From: an uncultured Gemmatimonadales bacterium
Lineage (GTDB): Bacteria; Gemmatimonadota; Gemmatimonadetes; Longimicrobiales; Longimicrobiaceae
Assembly (NCBI GenBank): GCA_963716255.1
Contig: OY970303.1
Location: forward strand, 5,568,001 to 5,632,000
Reading direction: 5' to 3'
Length of the DNA stretch: 64,000 nucleotides
Every line of letters starts with the position of its first letter. The stretch's first letter is position 1. The notes below the pieces were generated by a model, which was not told the origin of the DNA, ran no database searches, and was given only the letters and a program-made list of their open reading frames with translations. The position numbers were made by a program, and so were the translations under genes. Positions 59,618-64,000 of the stretch are shown here, piece by piece.

Positions 59618-62600
59618 CTACCCCCTCACCAGCCTCACACGCTCGTCGCCCAGCACCGCGCGCAGCTCCGTCAGCAGCACCTCGCTGGGGGCCACGCGCA
59701 CGGTGCGGGAGCGCAGGCGCGGCTCGTCGCCCGGGGGGAGGCTCCCCCCGTTGCGCCACACCACCTCCAGCGGCCCCGGCCCGGGGTAGCGCGCGAAGCA
59801 CTCCTTCGCCCGCCGGATGCGGTCGGGGTCCGCGCCGTCGGAGCCCAGCTCCAGGCACACCCCCACGCTCCCGCTTTCCCGCAGCTCCGCCATGCGCACC
59901 GCGCCGTCCAGGAAGACGGGCGGATCCTCCTCGTCGCGGTCGCGGCTGGAGACCGCCCCGCGCAGCAGGATGGGCGTGTCCTGCTGGAGCACGTCCTTCC
60001 ACCGCGCCCACGACTCGCCGAAGGCCAGCACGGTGGCGGTGCCGTAGAAGTCCTCCACCGTGATCCGCCCCCACTCCGAGCCGTCCTTCTTGCTGATCTG
60101 CCGCGCCGCCTCGGTCACCACGCACGCCAGCTCGATCTTCTGGTCGCGGAATTCGCGCAGGTTCCCGGTGTTCACCCGCTCGAACAATGCCACGTCCTCG
60201 CGGAACTTGTCCAGGGGGTGGCCGGAGATGAAGAATCCCAGGATCTCCTTTTCCCGCGCCAGGCGGTCGCTCTCCTGCCACTTCTCCACCGGCGGCAGCG
60301 TCGGCTCCGTCATCCCCGCCGTGGGCCCGGTGTCGCCGCCGCCCAGCAGGGCGTCGAAGATGTTCTCCTGCACGCTCTCGCGGTCGCGCTGCACCTGCTG
60401 CGCCGCCGAGAACGCCGCGTCCAGCCCGGCCAGCAGCTGCGCGCGCCCGCCGCCCTGGTCGAAGCCGTCCAGCGCCCCCGCGCAGATCAGCGACTCGATC
60501 ACCCGCTTGTTGCAGAGCCGCAGGTCGATCCGGCAGAGCAGGTCGAACATGCTCCGGAACGGCCCCTCGGTGATGCGCGCGGCCAGGATGGAGCGCACCG
60601 CGCCCTCGCCCACCCCGCGGATGGCGCCCAGCCCGAAGCGGATCTTGCCCACGCCTTCGCCGACGACGTTGAACTTCCAGTTGGACTCGTTGACGTGCGG
60701 CGGGAGCACCTCGATCCCCTCGCGCCCCACCCGGGGGAGGTACTTGCCCATCTCCCGGCACTGCGCGATGTACGCCACTACGTCGTCGATCTTGTCCACC
60801 ACCGACGACATCAGCGCGGCCATGAACTCCGCCGGGTAGTGGCACTTGAGCCACCCCGTCTGGTACGCCACCAGCCCGTACGCCGCCGAGTGCGACTTGT
60901 TGAAGCCGTAGCGGCCGAACGCCTCGATCTGGTCCGCCAGGTCCTGGATCATGCGGCGGTCGTGCCCCTTCTCCACCGCCTTCTCCACGAACTTGCCCAG
61001 CTCCTTGGCGATCAGCTCCGCGTCCTTCTTGCCCACCGCCTTGCGGAGCACGTCCGCCTCGGCCAGCGACAGACCGCCCAGGATCTGCGCGATGCGCATG
61101 ACCTGCTCCTGGTACACGATCACGCCGTAGGTGGGCTCCAGCACGTCGTGCAGGCTCGGGTGCGGGTACGCCACCTTTTCCTGCCCCAGCTTGCGGCGGA
61201 TGTACACCAGGTCCATCCCCATGTCCAGCGGGCCGGGGCGCACCAGCGCGTTGGCGGCCACCAGGTCGTCGAAGCGGTCCGCCTTCATGGCGCGGATCTT
61301 TTCCGTCGCCAGCGCCGATTCGAACTGGAACACCCCGGCGGTGCCGCCGCGCGCCAGCATCCGGTACACCTCGGGGTCGTCCAGCGGGATGTCCTCGGGG
61401 CGCGCGTACACGTCGCCGCTCTCCGGGTGGCGCAGCGCGCCGTGCCGGTCGCGGATGGCGGTCACGGCGTCGTAGATCACCGTGAGCGTCTTCAGCCCCA
61501 GGAAGTCCATCTTGAGCATCCCCGCCTTTTCAAGGCAGGTCATGTCGTACTGCGTGACGATGATGCTCTCGCCGCTCCCGCCCGCGCCCTTGGTGCTCTG
61601 CGTGCAGATGGGGACGTACTCGTCCAGCGGCCCCGGCGCGATCACCACGCCGGCCGCGTGCACGCTGGAGTGCCGCGACAGCCCCTCCAGCGTCTTGGAG
61701 TAGTCCAGGAGCCGGCGGTAGCGCTCGTCCTTCTCGTACCGGTCGTGGATCTCGGGGATCTTGTCGATCGCCTCCTCCACCGAGAGCGAGTACGCCGGGC
61801 TGTTGGGGATCAGCTTGGCGAGCGCGTCCGTTTCCGCGGGGAGGAAGCCCAGCGTGCGGCCCACGTCCTTGACCACGGCCCGCGACTTCATCGTCCCGAA
61901 GGTGATGATCTGCCCCACCGCGTCGCGTCCGTACTTCTCGCGCACGTACTCGATCACCTCGCCGCGCCGCTCGAAGCAGAAGTCCACGTCGATGTCGGGC
62001 ATCGACACGCGCTCGGGGTTCAGGAAGCGCTCGAAGAGCAGGTCGAACTTGATGGGGCAGCAGTCCGTGATCCCCATGCAGTACGCCACGATGCTCCCCG
62101 CCGCCGAGCCGCGCCCCGGCCCCACGGGAATGTCGCGCCGGCGGGCCTCGCGGATGAAGTCGGCCGTGATCAGGAAGTAGCCGGAGTACCCCAGCTTGGT
62201 GATCACGTCGATCTCGTACTCCACCCGCTCAACGATCTCCGCCGACAGCGCCGCGCGCACCTCATCTTCCGGGAACGCCCTGACCTCGGCCACCGGGCCG
62301 GTCGCGCCGCCCGTCCTGGGCCCATAGTGCTTCATCGCGCCGCTCCACACCCAGGCGCGCAGCATCTCGTCCTCGGTGGCGAAGCCCTCCTGCTGCACCG
62401 GGAATGCCGGTACGTTGTAGCCCTTGGGGTACGACCAGTTCACCTCGTCGGCGATGCGCAGCGTGTTTTCCAGCACGTCCTGCCGGTCCGGGAAGCGCTC
62501 CGCCATCTCCGGCCCGCTCTTGAAGTAGAGCTGGTCGTCGTACTTCATCCGGTTGGGGTCCGCGAAGTCCTTGCCCAGCCCGATGCAGAGCAGCACGTCG

Positions 62601-63253
62601 TGCGCCTGGTGGTCCTCCGCCTTGAGGAAGTGCGCGTCGTTGGTGGCCACCACCAGGACGTTCGTTTCCTCGGCGAGCTTGAAGATGCGGCGGTTCAGCT
62701 CCACCTGCCCCTCGGAGTCGTGCCCCTGGACCTCCAGGTAGTAGCGGTCGCCGAACACCTCCTGGTGCCAGGCCACCGCCTCGCGCGCCTGGTCCCAGCG
62801 GTCCTCCATCAGGTGCTGCGCGATCTCGCCCGCCAGGCAGGCGGAGGTCACGATCAACCCCTCCGAGTGCTTCCGCAGCACCTCGCGGTCAATGCGCGGC
62901 TTGGAGTAGAAGCCCTCCGTGTAGCCGATGGAGGTGAGCTTGGTGAGGTTCTTGTAGCCCTGGAGGTCGCGGGCGAGGAGCACCAGGTGGTAGTAGCCCT
63001 TTTCCCCCTTGACCTTGCCGCGGTCGTGGCGGCTGTTGGGAGCGACGTACGCCTCCATCCCCACGATGGGCTTGATCCCCGCCTTCTTGGCCTGCTCCTG
63101 GAACACCCACGCGCCGAACATGCAGCCGTGGTCGGTGAGCGCGAGCGCCGGCTGCTCGAACTCCTTGGCGCGCTTGATGAGGTCCCCGATGCGGTTTGCG
63201 CCGTCGAGGAGCGAGTACTCGGAATGGCAGTGCAGGTGGCAGAAGCCGCACAT
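59618..63253 (-). CDS. dnaE: DNA polymerase III subunit alpha
   Basis: PHP motifs HLHCHSEYSLLDG and TDHG; GRGSAAGS, MPDIDVDF, KMDFLGL and YGFNKSH motifs. Confidence 0.98.
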   Translation of the reverse strand: MCGFCHLHCHSEYSLLDGANRIGDLIKRAKEFEQPALALTDHGCMFGAWVFQEQAKKAGIKPIVGMEAYVAPNSRHDRGKVKGEKGYYHLVLLARDLQGYKNLTKLTSIGYTEGFYSKPRIDREVLRKHSEGLIVTSACLAGEIAQHLMEDRWDQAREAVAWHQEVFGDRYYLEVQGHDSEGQVELNRRIFKLAEETNVLVVATNDAHFLKAEDHQAHDVLLCIGLGKDFADPNRMKYDDQLYFKSGPEMAERFPDRQDVLENTLRIADEVNWSYPKGYNVPAFPVQQEGFATEDEMLRAWVWSGAMKHYGPRTGGATGPVAEVRAFPEDEVRAALSAEIVERVEYEIDVITKLGYSGYFLITADFIREARRRDIPVGPGRGSAAGSIVAYCMGITDCCPIKFDLLFERFLNPERVSMPDIDVDFCFERRGEVIEYVREKYGRDAVGQIITFGTMKSRAVVKDVGRTLGFLPAETDALAKLIPNSPAYSLSVEEAIDKIPEIHDRYEKDERYRRLLDYSKTLEGLSRHSSVHAAGVVIAPGPLDEYVPICTQSTKGAGGSGESIIVTQYDMTCLEKAGMLKMDFLGLKTLTVIYDAVTAIRDRHGALRHPESGDVYARPEDIPLDDPEVYRMLARGGTAGVFQFESALATEKIRAMKADRFDDLVAANALVRPGPLDMGMDLVYIRRKLGQEKVAYPHPSLHDVLEPTYGVIVYQEQVMRIAQILGGLSLAEADVLRKAVGKKDAELIAKELGKFVEKAVEKGHDRRMIQDLADQIEAFGRYGFNKSHSAAYGLVAYQTGWLKCHYPAEFMAALMSSVVDKIDDVVAYIAQCREMGKYLPRVGREGIEVLPPHVNESNWKFNVVGEGVGKIRFGLGAIRGVGEGAVRSILAARITEGPFRSMFDLLCRIDLRLCNKRVIESLICAGALDGFDQGGGRAQLLAGLDAAFSAAQQVQRDRESVQENIFDALLGGGDTGPTAGMTEPTLPPVEKWQESDRLAREKEILGFFISGHPLDKFREDVALFERVNTGNLREFRDQKIELACVVTEAARQISKKDGSEWGRITVEDFYGTATVLAFGESWARWKDVLQQDTPILLRGAVSSRDRDEEDPPVFLDGAVRMAELRESGSVGVCLELGSDGADPDRIRRAKECFARYPGPGPLEVVWRNGGSLPPGDEPRLRSRTVRVAPSEVLLTELRAVLGDERVRLVRG

Positions 63254-63450
63254 AAGGGGACGGATGCCTCGCGGAGACGGACTCTGTAGGTGGCGGCGGA
63301 TCATCAAGCCATGCAACGACTTGGCCTGATGCGTTCCGGCGCGGGGAGTGTTCTTCCCCCGGGTCCGGAATATCGCCCCGGTGAGGGGTCCAGGGCAAGG
63401 GAAAACGGGTTTGTGAGCCCGGTTCAGCCGTTTCGTCAGCCGTTTCGGGG

Positions 63451-63598
63451 GGGCCGCTCCGGAGCCGGACGATACGGCCGTCCGTCTCCTGCGCGGGTCG
63501 CGGAGCCACCGGAAACAGCCCCGGTGTCTCCGCTCCGGCTGCGGGAGCCAGCCGAAACTGCCCGGCTGTCTCCCTCCGCGACATCTTCTGGGAACGGC
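63451..63598 (+). repeat. Family B repeat, copy 3
   Basis: Three GGAGCC-stem-loop-GTCTCC units. Confidence 0.88.
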
Positions 63599-63635
63599 AG
63601 GAACAGCTTCCGGCGTCGGCTTCCTCCGCGCGGTG

Positions 63636-63998
63636 TCAGTCTCCCGGCTGCCGCAGCGCCGCCAGCGGCAGGTCGCGCGCGTCCGCCCACGCCTCCCACT
63701 CCGCCGCCGTGCGCGCGCCGAGCGCCGCTTCCAGCGCCTCGCGCGTCAGCTCCGCCAAGCCCAGCTCCTCGCGCAGCCGCGCCGCGAAGTGGGGCTCCAG
63801 CGCCGCGACGGCCACGTGCCCCTCGCGCGCCGCGTACACGCCGTACGCGGGGAGCCCGCCGCCGAGCAGCCCTCCCGGAGCGGTGAGGCCGTGCCGCAGC
63901 GGGGCCGCGAGGTCCGCCGCCACCTCCGCCAGCGTCACCTCCGTGTACCCGGCCTCCGCCCCGCGCTCGCGCGCCAGCAGCAGCGCCAGCGCCGCGCC
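63636..63998 (-). CDS. CoA-transferase family III (CaiB/BaiF-like), C-terminal part
   Basis: GGGLPAYGVY...G.VAVAALEPHF motif; the ORF runs off the window edge. Confidence 0.75.
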   Translation of the reverse strand, partial: GAALALLLARERGAEAGYTEVTLAEVAADLAAPLRHGLTAPGGLLGGGLPAYGVYAAREGHVAVAALEPHFAARLREELGLAELTREALEAALGARTAAEWEAWADARDLPLAALRQPGD

Positions 63999-64000
63999 CG

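Noticed and set aside
59618..63253. Intein or split dnaE
   Set aside because: Length is normal and no intein motifs are visible.

Overview
This is a very GC-rich bacterial chromosome segment. Gene order and the FCB-type SecA insertions suggest Gemmatimonadota, possibly Longimicrobium-like (inference). From left to right it holds: a surface-polysaccharide locus (GT4 glycosyltransferases, deacetylase-like, GNAT, Wzy-like, Wzz/Wza-like, AsnB-type amidotransferase, epimerase, WbpL/MraY-like); cupin-TPR-bamD-nadD-secA; radC-relA/spoT; uvrB-tsaE-tsaB-rimI-ssb; an accessory block (ADOP/MacB-like permease, a stand-alone YopT/C58-like cysteine protease, ABC ATPase plus permease-M1 aminopeptidase fusion); LysM; ccsA-like-sirC-hemA-tolQRAB-pal-cpoB; TPM-nucleotidyltransferase-lemA; yggT and two M16-like proteins; an M23 peptidase; metG; an IS630 element inserted in the stop codon of a PSP1/RicT gene; accA; dnaE; and a partial CoA-transferase. 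The most striking non-coding signal is an intergenic repeat system. A ~134-bp multi-hairpin element occurs 9 times, with perfectly covarying stems and near-invariant loops (GTTGTTT and GGCNGTTY). A second family is built from tandem copies of one of its hairpins (3 copies). A third scaffold carries the same loop, and REP-like hairpins join these parts into mosaics. No CRISPR array, tRNA or rRNA was seen. All calls come from reading the sequence and ORF track by eye, and no database searches were run.
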